Shown: positions 36,640 to 46,813, numbered from the stretch's first letter. The stretch: 62,830 nucleotides of DNA from an uncultured Phaeodactylibacter sp. (GCA_964488965.1 CAZAXA010000001.1:1-62830); one strand, 5' to 3'. Notes: generated by a model not told the origin, from the sequence alone. Numbers and translations are program-made.

Positions 36640-37905
36640 TTACATGTTGTTGATGATCTCTGTGCCGAACTCGGAGCACCGCAGCAGGGTGGCCCCTTCC
36701 ATCAGGCGGTGGAAATCGTAGGTGACGCGCTTTTTGGAAATGGCGCCTTCTACTCCTTTGATGACGAGGTCGGCGGCTTCTTTCCAGCCCATGTAGCGGA
36801 ACATCATTTCGCCGGACAGGATCACCGAGCTCGGGTTGACCTTGTCGAGGCCGGCATATTTCGGCGCCGTGCCGTGGGTTGCTTCAAAGATGGCCCGGCC
36901 GGTGGTATAGTTGATATTGGCGCCCGGGGCGATACCGATGCCGCCTACCTGTGCCGCCAGGGCATCGGAGATGTAGTCGCCGTTCAGGTTGAGGGTAGCG
37001 ATAACGGAATATTCATTCGGGCGGGTAAGGATTTGCTGCAGGAAGGCGTCGGCAATGGCGTCTTTGATGAGCACGGCGCCGCGGGCCAGAGCTTCGTCCT
37101 GGGCCTTGTTGGCGGCATCTGTGCCCTGATCGGCGGCAATGCGGTCGTACTGAGCCCAGGTGAATACCTTGCCGGCGTACTCCCGCTCGGCAACTTCATA
37201 GCCCCACTCCTTGAATTTGCCTTCGGTGTATTTCATAATGTTGCCTTTGTGAACGAGGGTCACGGAAGGCAGGCCGTTGTCGAGAGCGTAATCGATGGCT
37301 GAGCGCACCAGGCGTTCGGTGCCCTCTACAGATACGGGCTTGATACCAAGAGATACCGTATCCGGGAAGCGGATTTGGGTGACGCCCATCTCATCGATGA
37401 GGAACTTCTTGAGCTTTTCCAGTTCAGGGGTGCCGTTAAGGTATTCGATGCCGGCATAGATATCTTCGGTATTTTCGCGGAAGATGACCATGTTGATGTC
37501 GCCGGGCCTTTTCACGGGGGAGGGCACGCCGGTAAACCACTGTACCGGGCGCACGCAGGCGAAAAGGTCGAGCTTCTGGCGCAGGGCGACGTTCAGGGAA
37601 CGGATGCCGCCGCCAACCGGGGTGGTCAGGGGCCCTTTGATAGCCACCAGGTATTCCTCGATGGCATGCAGGGTTTCATCCGGCAACCATTCGCCGGTCT
37701 GGTCGAAGGCCTTCTGGCCGGCCAGCACTTCCGTCCAGTGTATCTTCCGTTTGCCGCCATAGGCTTTTTCAACCGCAGCGTCAAGAACGCGGACGGAAGC
37801 CGCCCAGATGTCGGGGCCGATGCCGTCGCCTTCGATGTACGGAATGATGGGGTCATCGGGTACTGTCAACTTCCCTTTTTCGATTGTTACTTTGCTTCCA
37901 CTCAT
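36640..37905 (-). CDS. icd: NADP-dependent isocitrate dehydrogenase
   Basis: 421 aa. N-terminus: [20 protein letters not shown]. Family motifs: [26 protein letters not shown] and [12 protein letters not shown]. Confidence 0.95.
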   Translation of the reverse strand: MSGSKVTIEKGKLTVPDDPIIPYIEGDGIGPDIWAASVRVLDAAVEKAYGGKRKIHWTEVLAGQKAFDQTGEWLPDETLHAIEEYLVAIKGPLTTPVGGGIRSLNVALRQKLDLFACVRPVQWFTGVPSPVKRPGDINMVIFRENTEDIYAGIEYLNGTPELEKLKKFLIDEMGVTQIRFPDTVSLGIKPVSVEGTERLVRSAIDYALDNGLPSVTLVHKGNIMKYTEGKFKEWGYEVAEREYAGKVFTWAQYDRIAADQGTDAANKAQDEALARGAVLIKDAIADAFLQQILTRPNEYSVIATLNLNGDYISDALAAQVGGIGIAPGANINYTTGRAIFEATHGTAPKYAGLDKVNPSSVILSGEMMFRYMGWKEAADLVIKGVEGAISKKRVTYDFHRLMEGATLLRCSEFGTEIINNM

Positions 37906-38174
37906 TTTATTTTACTGTTTTATTTATTTCGGGCCTTCCTTTTTCAAAAGCAGCACAAATGTAATAATTTATATTTTTTCGGGCGGAGGAGGGGTGTAAT
38001 TTTAAAAGGCGCGAGTTTCCTCCCCGTCCGGCCCCTGCCTTTTCCCGTTCGGCAACAAATATTTTTCCCGGCCGCCATTTCCCTTTAGCTTATCTGGTGT
38101 AAAGAAAATTTTTACTCCCAGGCAACCCTTTTGCCCCCGGCCGGGTACAGGGGAAGCAAATACCCATTCGCCAG

Positions 38175-38732
38175 ATGCCCGCTGAAGCCGCATCCGATCT
38201 ATTGCCCGTCATTCTGGGTTGCCGCAGGCGGCAGCGCAGTAGCCAGCATGAACTGTACAAGCGGTTCTACGCCTACGGCATGAGCATCACCATGCGTTAT
38301 GCGGATGATGAAGATGAGGCCGTCCAGGTGCTGAACGACAGTTTCATGAAGGTATTCCGGCATATAAAAAAATATGACCTGGACAAACCCTTTAAACCCT
38401 GGTTCCGGCAGGTCGTGGTGAATACGGCGATCAATCACGTCCGCAAGCAGGAAAAATTCAAAAGAGAAGTACAGATGGATGAAGCCAGAAATATCTCAAC
38501 GGATGAGGACATTCTGGGCCGGATCAGCTACCAGGAGCTCATGGCCATGGTACAGTCCCTCACTGCCGCCTACCGCACAGTATTCAACATGTACGTCATC
38601 GACGGCTTTAAACACGAAGAGATCGCCAGAGCGCTGGGGATTAGTGTGGGAACATCCAAATCCAACTTATCCAAGGCCAGGAACAAGCTCCGGGAGATGA
38701 TCCATAAAAACCTGAATACGCGTTATGCCTGA
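38175..38732 (+). CDS. RNA polymerase ECF-type sigma-70 factor
   Basis: 185 aa. It has region 2 (ELYKRFYAYGMSITMRYADDEDEAVQVLNDSFMKVF) and a region 4 HTH (VFNMYVIDGFKHEEIARALGISVGTSKSNLSKARNKL). Confidence 0.85.
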   Translation: MPAEAASDLLPVILGCRRRQRSSQHELYKRFYAYGMSITMRYADDEDEAVQVLNDSFMKVFRHIKKYDLDKPFKPWFRQVVVNTAINHVRKQEKFKREVQMDEARNISTDEDILGRISYQELMAMVQSLTAAYRTVFNMYVIDGFKHEEIARALGISVGTSKSNLSKARNKLREMIHKNLNTRYA

Positions 38733-40005
38733 GCTTTCAAAGCACGAGCTGGACAGCTTGTTCCAAAGGGGTTCCGAGCGGTACGATTTCGAATACAAGC
38801 CCGCCGCCTGGAAACAAATGGAAGCCATGCTGGAACGTAACCGCCGCCGCCGGGCCCTGATGTGGCGGGCCTGTGGCCTGGCTGTTCTTATCCTGCTGGC
38901 AACCCTGGCACGCTGCTTTTTTTTCCCCGGAACAAATGCACGGCATGACATTTTAAACCGGAAGGCAGCCCGGACGGAGACAGATCACGGGGCCGCAGGC
39001 GAGAAAGCCCCGGGGCATAAGGGACAGAACAGGAACGCCCCCTACCTCAACGATAAAAACGCTGTGCCGAGGCCGGATAACGGCGCTCCCGGCACAGCGC
39101 CCGCCGAACCAGGGCGGGGCAGCCGGCCTCAGGCGATGCGCCCGCTGCTCCGGCATTGGGAAATCGGTGAGAAGGGAACGAGGCCTGTGAGGCCTTTGCC
39201 GGCTGCTGTTAACCCTCCCCACCCTGAGCCTGAAAAAAGCTCTGTCGTACCGAAGATAAACACCGAAGGGCCTTCTGATAAGGGAATAACGGTGGAAGCG
39301 CCCGCGCCGCTCCCCTCTTTGCCTTCTGCTTTTTCCCCGCCGGCCATAGCGCCGGAACAGCGGGACATACCGCCCCTCCCAGGCCAGGAGCGCCAGAAAG
39401 GCCGGCGCAAGCCTTCTAACCGCCTGCTGGCCGGGCCGGCCTTTGCCGCCGGGCTGAACGCCATCGGCCGGGGCAGCTTCTCGGAAAGTGGATGGAAGGC
39501 GGGCCTTTTCGTGGAATACCAGTACCAGAGCCGCCTGGCGCTGAGCATGGGCGCCAGCTTCCAGCGCATGAACTATCTGGCCGGCAGAGGAGAATACGTT
39601 CCTCCTAAAGGCTTCTGGACCAGGCGAATAGCCCCCGATAATACCCGGGGCCTGTGTAACATCATCGAAGTGCCGGTGATGCTGAAGTACTACCACAAGG
39701 GGTATTCCGGCAACGGCCCCTATCTCAGCGCCGGCCTGTCCGCTTACTTTCTGCTGATGGAAGAATACTGGTACCAATATTCTCTCGGCGACCCCGATCT
39801 CATCCGGTGGTGGCAAACGGGAAAAAACCAAAGCTACTGGCTGGCGGCAGGGCAGGCCGCGGCCGGCTACCAGGCCAGCCTGGGCAAAAGCTGGGCGTTG
39901 CAACTGGGGCCTTACCTGCAGGTTCCGCTCTCGGGGGTAGGCCACGGGCAGGTGAAGATTTATAGCCTGGGCCTGGAGATGCGGCTGCTGGGCAAGGTTT
40001 GGTGA
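38725..40005 (+). CDS. Sigma-associated membrane protein with a C-terminal porin-like beta-barrel domain (paralog of 7630..8898)
   Basis: It overlaps the sigma stop by 8 nt. The N-terminal ...AAWKQMEAMLERNRRRR is followed by a TM helix (ACGLAVLILLATLARCFFF), a Pro-rich linker, and a C-terminal beta-rich domain ending ...LEMRLLGKVW. Confidence 0.7.
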   Translation: MPELSKHELDSLFQRGSERYDFEYKPAAWKQMEAMLERNRRRRALMWRACGLAVLILLATLARCFFFPGTNARHDILNRKAARTETDHGAAGEKAPGHKGQNRNAPYLNDKNAVPRPDNGAPGTAPAEPGRGSRPQAMRPLLRHWEIGEKGTRPVRPLPAAVNPPHPEPEKSSVVPKINTEGPSDKGITVEAPAPLPSLPSAFSPPAIAPEQRDIPPLPGQERQKGRRKPSNRLLAGPAFAAGLNAIGRGSFSESGWKAGLFVEYQYQSRLALSMGASFQRMNYLAGRGEYVPPKGFWTRRIAPDNTRGLCNIIEVPVMLKYYHKGYSGNGPYLSAGLSAYFLLMEEYWYQYSLGDPDLIRWWQTGKNQSYWLAAGQAAAGYQASLGKSWALQLGPYLQVPLSGVGHGQVKIYSLGLEMRLLGKVW

Positions 40006-40081
40006 AGAGGAATACCTGGAAAAGGATAGGATAAAAGAGCGTCCAAAAAACAACATCATTCCGTAACCAAAAAATGTGTTT

Positions 40082-41392
40082 ATGAAAAAGTCAAGCTTAC
40101 TATTACTGGCCGTGGCCGGGTTCCTGTTGCCGCGGGGGCTCCATGCTCAGGATGTCCTTTTCAACCTTACCAACATGAATCCGCATATCGGGCAGAAATT
40201 CGAGGCCCGGCTGATCGATAAGGCCACTATGAAAGAGGAAGGCCGGGAATCGGTGGCGTCCATTCCCGGAGCCAATTTTTCTGTGAACCTGAGGGGAGAA
40301 ACCGGCCGGAGTTACTTCCTGGATTTTTACGCCGACCTCAACCAGAATGGCGCCTATGATGCTCCTCCCGCTGACCATGCCTGGCGGCTCGATGCCGACA
40401 ACCTGGCCTCCGGGATGAACACATTTTCCTTCTCTCACGGCACTAATTTTACCGACATTCAGTGGAGGCACCGGCTCCGCTTTCAGCTCACGGGCATGAA
40501 CCCGCATGTGGGCCAGGGCTTCGGCGTCCGCCTGGTCGACCAGGCCACCGGCAAGGAAGTAGGCCGCGAAGGCCGCGACGCCATTGAAATGGCCAACTTC
40601 GATATTGATCTTCCTTTCCTGGAAGCAGGCCATACTTACAACCTGGATTTTTACGCCGACCTCAGCCAGAACGGCCTGTATGACGCCCCGCCCGCCGACC
40701 ATGCCTGGCGCCTGACAGTCGGCCCGGCCGATGGCGATGAGACGGTAACTTTTCCTCACGCCACCAACTTCACCGACATCGAATGGGTGTATGAGTTCAA
40801 GCTGGAGTTTTTCAACATGACTCCCCACGTTGGGCAGAAACTGGAACTCCGCGTAGTCAATACCGGAACCGGGCTGGAAGCCGGCCGGGCCAGCCTGCCC
40901 GAAATCCTGCTACCCGGTTTTGAGCTGCGGGTACCCGGCATACAGGCAGGGCAGAATTACAATGCCGACTTCTACGCCGACCTCAACCAGAACGGCAGCT
41001 ACGACTCGCCGCCTGCCGACCATGCCTGGCGCATCAACTTTGACGATGACGATGGGGACGAAAGCCGGGAGTTCACCCACAATACCAGCTTTACAGATAT
41101 CGGATTCCCCACTGCCATCAAGGAGATCGGCAGCCTTGAGAGCTGGAACGCCTACCCCAACCCTGTGTCCGAAAACCTCCGCATCGAACTAGGCCTGCGG
41201 CAGCCTGCTTACCTCTCTGCCCGATTGTACGATAACCAGGGCAGGTTGCTGCGAACCTTGTTCCAGGGAATGGCGCCCTCCGGCCCAAGCAGCTATCAGG
41301 CCAACGGGCTGGGCGAGCTGAGCAGCGGTATGTACTACCTCGTCCTCCAAAACGGAGAGGGCGTGGCTGTCAGAAAAATAACCATCCAATAA
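40082..41392 (+). CDS. Secreted protein with three ~105-aa tandem repeats and a T9SS C-terminal sorting domain
   Basis: The listed start 40076 is GTG, so I used ATG 40082 (MKKSSLLLLAVAGFLLPRGLHAQ). The repeats are at about 40154..40465, 40475..40786 and 40796..41104. Each contains MNPH[IV]GQ and DFYADLNQNG.YD.PPADHAWR. The CTD is YPNPVSENLRIEL...MYYLVLQNGEG. Confidence 0.75.
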   Translation: MKKSSLLLLAVAGFLLPRGLHAQDVLFNLTNMNPHIGQKFEARLIDKATMKEEGRESVASIPGANFSVNLRGETGRSYFLDFYADLNQNGAYDAPPADHAWRLDADNLASGMNTFSFSHGTNFTDIQWRHRLRFQLTGMNPHVGQGFGVRLVDQATGKEVGREGRDAIEMANFDIDLPFLEAGHTYNLDFYADLSQNGLYDAPPADHAWRLTVGPADGDETVTFPHATNFTDIEWVYEFKLEFFNMTPHVGQKLELRVVNTGTGLEAGRASLPEILLPGFELRVPGIQAGQNYNADFYADLNQNGSYDSPPADHAWRINFDDDDGDESREFTHNTSFTDIGFPTAIKEIGSLESWNAYPNPVSENLRIELGLRQPAYLSARLYDNQGRLLRTLFQGMAPSGPSSYQANGLGELSSGMYYLVLQNGEGVAVRKITIQ

Positions 41393-41396
41393 TGAA

Positions 41397-41472
41397 GACA
41401 GGATTGGCAGGGTGGGCTGGATTCCACTGTGCGGCGGGCCATGCGCATGTCCATAAAACCTGTCAATCCTGT
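41397..41472. repeat. Short inverted-repeat element sharing the terminal motif of 25916..26110
   Basis: GACAGGATTGGCAGG (41397..41411) versus CCTGTCAATCCTGT (41459..41472). This is the same motif with one substitution, and the two copies are about 47 bp apart. Confidence 0.45.
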
Positions 41473-41596
41473 ACATCCTGCACTAGCCTGACATCATGAG
41501 GCCAAAAGCAATAAAATTCATCCTGGTTTGTGTGCTTTGCCTTGCCATTGTCACCGGCATTGTAGTGCTTGTACAATATCTGAGCGGCGGGTAGGC

Positions 41597-41776
41597 TTAC
41601 TCAAACAAGCCTTCAAGGCTCTCTTCTGCCTGGCGCAGTTTTTCCCGGCAGTAGGCGATGAGTTCGGCGGCCCGTTTCACCTTTGCCGACAGTTCATCGA
41701 CGCTGACGGCGTCCTCCTGGAGTTGCGCGACGATCTGCTGCAGTTCCTGCAGGGCTTCTTCGTAAGATAGTTTCAT
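41597..41776 (-). CDS. xseB: Exodeoxyribonuclease VII small subunit
   Basis: It is not in the ORF track (59 aa). My hand translation gives MKLSYEEALQELQQIVAQLQEDAVSVDELSAKVKRAAELIAYCREKLRQAEESLEGLFE. This is the typical XseB helical hairpin pattern, and the gene sits immediately downstream of xseA. Confidence 0.8.
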   Translation of the reverse strand: MKLSYEEALQELQQIVAQLQEDAVSVDELSAKVKRAAELIAYCREKLRQAEESLEGLFE

Positions 41777-41803
41777 GCTGATTTTTGATTCTTGATTCTT
41801 GAT

Positions 41804-43120
41804 TCAGGCATCATCTACCACCGAATCCACCTCCCCATCCCCCAGCCGGGTTGTGATCCTGTCCCCGCCTTTCAACTCCTGCGCCGAGCGCACCGCCTTC
41901 CCCTCCTTCAGGGTGACGCTAAACCCCCGTTTCAAGGTTGCTTCCGGGCTGAGCAGTTGGTTGATCTGTTCAAACTGCTGCAGGCGCCGCTTTTCCAGGC
42001 GCAGGCGTTGCCGGGCCAGGCGGGGGATGTCTTCAGCAAATCTGTTGACGGCTTCCTGTTGCCGGTTGAGCCGCATCTTTGGATAGTATTGCAGGGCCTG
42101 CTCCTGGCGCTCCAGCAAAAGAGCCGCCTCGCGGGTTTTGAAACTGGCCTGCAGCCGGAGTTGTTGCCCCAGTTGATGCAGGCTGCCTTCGAATTCCATG
42201 TTGCGGTGCACGATAAAATCGGCCACGGCAGTCGGCGTTTTCAGGGCGGCATGAGCTACTTTATCGAGCAGCACTTCATCCACATCATGGCCGATGCCGG
42301 TGAGGACGGGCAGGGTGGACTCCGCCACTGCCTTGCAGAGAGCATAACTGTCGAAGGCGGCAAGGTCGAGTTTGGCGCCGCCGCCGCGGATAATGGCGGC
42401 ACAGTCAAAGCGGGCCCTTCGGCGTTCTGCTTTGCTCAGTGCCCGGATCACTTCCTCCTCAGTTTGGCCGCCCTGCATGGCGGCGGGATGGAGGCGGCAA
42501 TCGAAGCGATAGCCGTAGGCGTTTTCCTGCAACTGCTGGAGGAAGTCCTGCAGCCCGGCGGCCGTTTCCGAACTGATAACGGCGATGCGTTGGAGGGCAA
42601 TGGGCAGGGCGTGGCGTTTATTCCTGCCAATGAGTTGCTCGCGCTCCAGCCGTTCGAGGATTTGCCGGCGGCGCAATTCCATCTGGCCCAGCGTATAGGC
42701 CGGGTCAATGTCCTCCACGATGAGCTTAAGGCCGTAACGCTCGTGGAAATCCACCCGTACCAGGAGCAGTGCCTCGATACCGTCCCGGAGGAGGCCGTCG
42801 AGCGTACGCCCCAGCTTGCCGCGCAGTTTGCGCAGGCTGGCCTGCCAGATCACTCCTTCCGCCTGAGCGACAATCTCATCGCTTCCGCTGTCCTTCTGCA
42901 CCAGGCTGAGGAAGCAGTGGCCCCGCGCCTCGTTGGCCTGGGCAATCTCGCAGCTCACCCATAAGGGGGCGGGCAGGTTGAGGGCCAGCACCCGGCGGAT
43001 GTGTTCATGAAGTTCGAAAAGGCTGTGTTTTTCCAAATGGCGGTGGTTTTTGCAGCAGTAAAGGTAAGAGGTAGGGAGGAGGCAGAGTAAAAAATGAAGC
43101 GCATTTTGATATATTTCCAC
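41804..43120 (-). CDS. xseA: Exodeoxyribonuclease VII large subunit
   Basis: It has an OB-fold N-terminus (LWVSCEIAQANEARGHCFLSLVQKD), a catalytic region (PVLTGIGHDVDEVLLDKVAH), and a C-terminal coiled coil. The listed start is GTG 43120. TTG 43036 would give a more typical N-terminus, so the start is unresolved. Confidence 0.85.
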   Translation of the reverse strand: MEIYQNALHFLLCLLPTSYLYCCKNHRHLEKHSLFELHEHIRRVLALNLPAPLWVSCEIAQANEARGHCFLSLVQKDSGSDEIVAQAEGVIWQASLRKLRGKLGRTLDGLLRDGIEALLLVRVDFHERYGLKLIVEDIDPAYTLGQMELRRRQILERLEREQLIGRNKRHALPIALQRIAVISSETAAGLQDFLQQLQENAYGYRFDCRLHPAAMQGGQTEEEVIRALSKAERRRARFDCAAIIRGGGAKLDLAAFDSYALCKAVAESTLPVLTGIGHDVDEVLLDKVAHAALKTPTAVADFIVHRNMEFEGSLHQLGQQLRLQASFKTREAALLLERQEQALQYYPKMRLNRQQEAVNRFAEDIPRLARQRLRLEKRRLQQFEQINQLLSPEATLKRGFSVTLKEGKAVRSAQELKGGDRITTRLGDGEVDSVVDDA

Positions 43121-43145
43121 AAAAACAACAAACGGGAATTCTGAA

Positions 43146-43228
43146 ATCTATCTGCGGCATCCCAAAGGGGTACGATTGGGTTTTAAAAACCTCAAAGGTT
43201 TTGGTTTTCAGGCCGCAGAGAAGTAGAT
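43146..43228. other. Nested inverted repeats in the xseA / T9SS-protein divergent intergenic region
   Basis: ATCTATCTGCGGC (43146..43158) pairs with GCCGCAGA-gaag-TAGAT (43212..43228). Inside lies the palindrome GGTTTTAAAAACC (43179..43191). Confidence 0.35.
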
Positions 43229-43300
43229 TGGAAAACTTTTGATACGGGTTGCCGAAAAGCATAGCTTCAGCCCGGATTATTCATAAAATCAGGATCGTAT

Positions 43301-44434
43301 ATGAAAAACATTGGACTATGTTGGATGTTTTTGACAGGATTCGCGATTCCGGTTCAATCCCAGATCACGATCACCAATCAGGTCTTTCCGGCCGCAGGAG
43401 ACACCTTGTTTTACGCCGTGGATAATCAACCCGGTTCAATTGTCATTACGCCTCCCGGCGGTAACCAGCATTGGGATTTCAGCAACCTCCATCCTTCGTT
43501 TACCTGGGAACGAATTTATCAGGACGCCAGCGCCGGCGCCAATTACGGGTCTTTCCCTTCGGCTACTTTGTTCTATCAAACCGGCATTGCAAATGCGGAG
43601 GCGTACCTTAGGGTCACCGGCCAGGAAGTATCGCTTTTGGGCTTTTCGGGCGGCGACCCGGCGGCGCTGGGCCTCAACCTGGTTTCCGTATATAACCCGC
43701 CGGTCGTTGAAAGCCGGGCCCCGGTACAGTTTTTCGACATCCATCAGATAAGTTCGGGGCTCCTGATACCCTTTGAGCCTGGGATTTTGCCAGGCGTGGC
43801 CCAACTGCCTGTGAACCCCGACTCCCTGCGTATCCGGGTCGCCATAAGCCGGCTTGATGTGGTGGATGCCTGGGGCACGCTGTCCATTCCCGGCGGCGCC
43901 TATGAGGTGCTGCGCCAAAAAAGGACGGAATACCGCGAATCCCGGCTCGATGCAAAAGTGCCGCCTCTGGGGTGGCTGGATATTACGGATGTAGCGATCC
44001 AGGCTCTTAATTTGAGTTCTCTGGGCGTAGACACCACCACTACCTATCATTTTTTGAATGGCCAATCCAAGGAAGCCATTGCCGTTTGCACGGCCGATAA
44101 TTCGGGCCTGGCAGTGGTTAGCGTACAATATAAAAACCTGGATGTTTCGACGGGAGTAAAAGATGCGGGCCAGGCAGGCATCGATCTGGCTGTTTTCCCC
44201 AATCCGGCCGAAGATGTTTTGCATATCCGGGTAAGCAGCCCATGGCCGGAAAATCATACGCTGTTGATCTGTAATATCCTTGGCGAGGAAGTGTGGCGCA
44301 AAACCTGCTCCGGGCCTGCAGGCCAATTGGAGGAAGAAGTGGATATCGCCCACTTTGAAAAGGGCGTTTATTTGTGCAGGTCCTTAAATGGGGGAAGGCG
44401 AACAGGGCAGGTATTATTTGTGAAAAGCAGATAG
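43301..44434 (+). CDS. Secreted protein with a T9SS C-terminal sorting domain (function unknown)
   Basis: 377 aa with a signal peptide. The C-terminal CTD is VFPNPAEDVLHIRV...GVYLCRSLNGG. Confidence 0.7.
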   Translation: MKNIGLCWMFLTGFAIPVQSQITITNQVFPAAGDTLFYAVDNQPGSIVITPPGGNQHWDFSNLHPSFTWERIYQDASAGANYGSFPSATLFYQTGIANAEAYLRVTGQEVSLLGFSGGDPAALGLNLVSVYNPPVVESRAPVQFFDIHQISSGLLIPFEPGILPGVAQLPVNPDSLRIRVAISRLDVVDAWGTLSIPGGAYEVLRQKRTEYRESRLDAKVPPLGWLDITDVAIQALNLSSLGVDTTTTYHFLNGQSKEAIAVCTADNSGLAVVSVQYKNLDVSTGVKDAGQAGIDLAVFPNPAEDVLHIRVSSPWPENHTLLICNILGEEVWRKTCSGPAGQLEEEVDIAHFEKGVYLCRSLNGGRRTGQVLFVKSR

Positions 44435-45049
44435 GCTATATAATATATGTTAGAGACAGGGTTTAAAAGGCATTGAGCCACCCCGGAGCCCTGGTATGGC
44501 CCGGGATGGCCCATGCAAAATGAGGAACTGTAAATAACGGAACACAAATAAAGAAGCATAAAACCCCATAAGCATAAAAGCTTAGCTATCTATGCACACT
44601 TATGATTTGAACAGTTTATTCTTAATAAAAGAGCCCAGCAAAAGGAGGGCGAATACGGACATCAATAATTTTGCTCCCATGATGAATGGATTGATGTTTT
44701 AGTGATGAAGAAACCCGCCCATTGGCAGGCCTCTTCATCACAAAACGCGTTTATTAAATAGCTACTAACTGTCCATTCCAAAGGCGTAGTAATATACGCC
44801 CGGCACATCTTCGTATATTCCTTCCAGCATGAAGGATTCCACGGCGTAACAAAACGCGGTGGACAGGCGTACCGCTAATTTGTTCTACCTTCACCACCGG
44901 GCGTGCCAAGCCGGCATATCCAAAGGCCAGAGCAGTTGATAAGCTGGTAACAACAGCTACGACAGCTGTTATCCAGATGATCTTTTTCATGGCTTAATAA
45001 AGATTTATCAGTCAACTTGAACAGTGATCTTTCCCGAAGGGTAGAAAGA

Positions 45050-45394
45050 TTAAGCCATGCAGTCGTAAAAACGGAGATTGTGGTAAAGCAGGTACAGCGG
45101 CCGCCTGCTGAAAGAGCGCTTGGCAGCGGCTACCCGGGGAGCACAGGCAGCCGGCAGATGAACCGCCGCCTTTTCAGAAGAGGAAGTTAAAGCTGCGGGC
45201 TGAGGCAAAGGGCCGTTGCCGTGCTGGCCGGAAGGATGGGAAAATTGCGTCAGGGCGAGGTAGATATCCTGATTCGCAGCATCTTCCGCCATGACGAAGG
45301 CGTATTCTTCCAGCACTCCCTTGCTGTCCAGCAGCGGGAAGGCGAAGATGCCAAAGGCAAAGGTGAGTAATGCTATGCGGATCAGGTTCATCAT
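45050..45394 (-). CDS. Hypothetical small secreted/membrane protein downstream of the sigma/anti-sigma pair
   Basis: I trimmed the start to ATG 45394 (MMNLIRIALLTFAFGIFAFPLL). It is on the same strand as, and directly after, 45497..46813. No motif recognised. Confidence 0.4.
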   Translation of the reverse strand: MMNLIRIALLTFAFGIFAFPLLDSKGVLEEYAFVMAEDAANQDIYLALTQFSHPSGQHGNGPLPQPAALTSSSEKAAVHLPAACAPRVAAAKRSFSRRPLYLLYHNLRFYDCMA

Positions 45395-45496
45395 ATTAAA
45401 CCGATGGAGTTTTTCCGCCTCAAAGGTGCAACACTTACAGCTCAGTGTCAAATCCTTAACTTAGCTTTAACGCTTGATTCATTCCCGAGCCGGCGA

Positions 45497-46813
45497 TTAC
45501 AACTTAAACCTGACGGCATAACTTGCCTGCTGTCCGGAGCCCTCCCATTTCGGCCCTTCCAGCAGCAGGCGGATGGCCTCTTCGTCACAGCCGTACCCCA
45601 GGCCCTGTTTGACGTGTACGTTGCCCGGCCGGCCGCCGGGCTGTATCCGGAATTCCAGTTTTACTTTGCCTTCGATGTTCCTGGCCCTGGCCTCTGCCGG
45701 ATACTTCAGGTTCTGCCGGATGTATTGGCGCATTTGGTTGAAGCCCCCCTCCGGCCGCGGCGGCGGGGTTTCTTTCTGGCGGGCCCCAAATCCTGTGACG
45801 ACAACCTCGTCGAGAGCCAGGGCATTTTCGTAGAGCACCACCTCCAGGCTGTCTTCCTGCCCGACGGCAAGTTCCTGCGTAACGTAGCCGGTATAAGTAA
45901 AAAGGAGCTCGCCTGCGGCGCCTTCGGGGATTTCCAGGCTAAAACTGCCGTCGATACTGGTGACGCTACCCTGGTTGGTTCCTTTCAGGATGACGCTGGC
46001 GCCGATCAGCGGCTCGCCGTCAGCGTCAAAGACGTATCCCCGGAGTTTGCGGCCTGCGGGGGCGGGCGCTTCACTTTTCAGTGCCGGCGCCGCCGGTTTT
46101 GCTTTGGCCGTGATGGTTGCGCCTTCTGTATCTTTTTCTTCTGTTGTGGCCGCCGCCTCTTTGCTGATGAGGCTGGCCCCTTCGGCGGTGATATCCGCTT
46201 TTTTTGCCTCCGGTGGAGCCTGCAGTTGTTCGGCTCCGGCTATCTCTCCGGCTGCTTCGGCAGTCCGCGCCCTGTCCTGGTAAACATCCGGCTCCTGCCG
46301 GGCCGGCTGCCCGGGTTCCTCGCCACGGCCTTTCTCTGGAGGCACGGGGGGAGACAGGTTCCTGGAAGCATCGGCGGATATAGCAGTTTCAGCTTCCTGA
46401 GGGCCGGCGTCTTTCGCTTCGTCTTCCGCCATTGCCGGTTGGGCGGCCTGCTGTTCCGTTCCTGCTGCTGCTTTTTCCTCAAAAGCAAGTTCGCGCTGGC
46501 CGGCGCCCTGCCGGTTGATGAGCCATAAACCGCCCGCCGCCAGGGCCAGCACAACTGCCGCTGCCGCTACCCGGGGCAGGTAGAACAACATTCCCTTCCT
46601 CTTTCTGCTCCGTTCCCGCAAACGCCCTTTCAGTTGCTCCAGCCGCTCGGTATGCCGCCCTTCCGGATGGCGCCGGTAGCCTTCCAATGCTTCTGCCAGG
46701 AACGGATCATCCTCCGCCAGTTGCTCCAACTGCCGTTCTTCTTCAAGAGGGGTATCGCCCCGCACCCACCGCCGAAGCAGTTCCAGAAGGTTATATGTCG
46801 GTTGTTGGTTCAC
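45497..46813 (-). CDS. Anti-sigma-like membrane protein with a CarboxypepD_reg-like domain and a TonB C-terminal domain
   Basis: GTG start at 46813. The N-terminus is LLELLRRWVRGDTPLEEERQLEQL, followed by a TM helix (VAAAAVVLALAAGGLWLI) and a low-complexity linker. Then come LRGYVFDADGEPLIGASVILKGTNQGSVTSIDGSFSL and a TonB_C-like segment, YPAEARARNIEGKVKLEFRIQPGGRPGNVHVKQGLGYGCDEEAIRLL. Confidence 0.75.
   Translation of the reverse strand: MNQQPTYNLLELLRRWVRGDTPLEEERQLEQLAEDDPFLAEALEGYRRHPEGRHTERLEQLKGRLRERSRKRKGMLFYLPRVAAAAVVLALAAGGLWLINRQGAGQRELAFEEKAAAGTEQQAAQPAMAEDEAKDAGPQEAETAISADASRNLSPPVPPEKGRGEEPGQPARQEPDVYQDRARTAEAAGEIAGAEQLQAPPEAKKADITAEGASLISKEAAATTEEKDTEGATITAKAKPAAPALKSEAPAPAGRKLRGYVFDADGEPLIGASVILKGTNQGSVTSIDGSFSLEIPEGAAGELLFTYTGYVTQELAVGQEDSLEVVLYENALALDEVVVTGFGARQKETPPPRPEGGFNQMRQYIRQNLKYPAEARARNIEGKVKLEFRIQPGGRPGNVHVKQGLGYGCDEEAIRLLLEGPKWEGSGQQASYAVRFKL

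Noticed and set aside
41496-41594. 32-aa hydrophobic ORF (MRPKAIKFILVCVLCLAIVTGIVVLVQYLSGG), and a 26-aa hydrophobic ORF on the - strand near 44603..44683
   Set aside because: They are too short to distinguish from chance without conservation or ribosome-profiling data.
41528-41770. 80-aa + strand ORF
   Set aside because: The opposite strand encodes a 59-aa protein with the XseB pattern directly downstream of xseA. The + strand ORF is its shadow.
44754-44990. 78-aa - strand ORF with a signal-peptide-like start (MKKIIWITAVVAVVTSLSTALA)
   Set aside because: After ~35 aa the sequence turns into an Arg-rich, non-protein-like stretch. It may be a frameshifted remnant or a short peptide gene. I cannot support a confident CDS call, so I mention it only under the sigma-operon finding.
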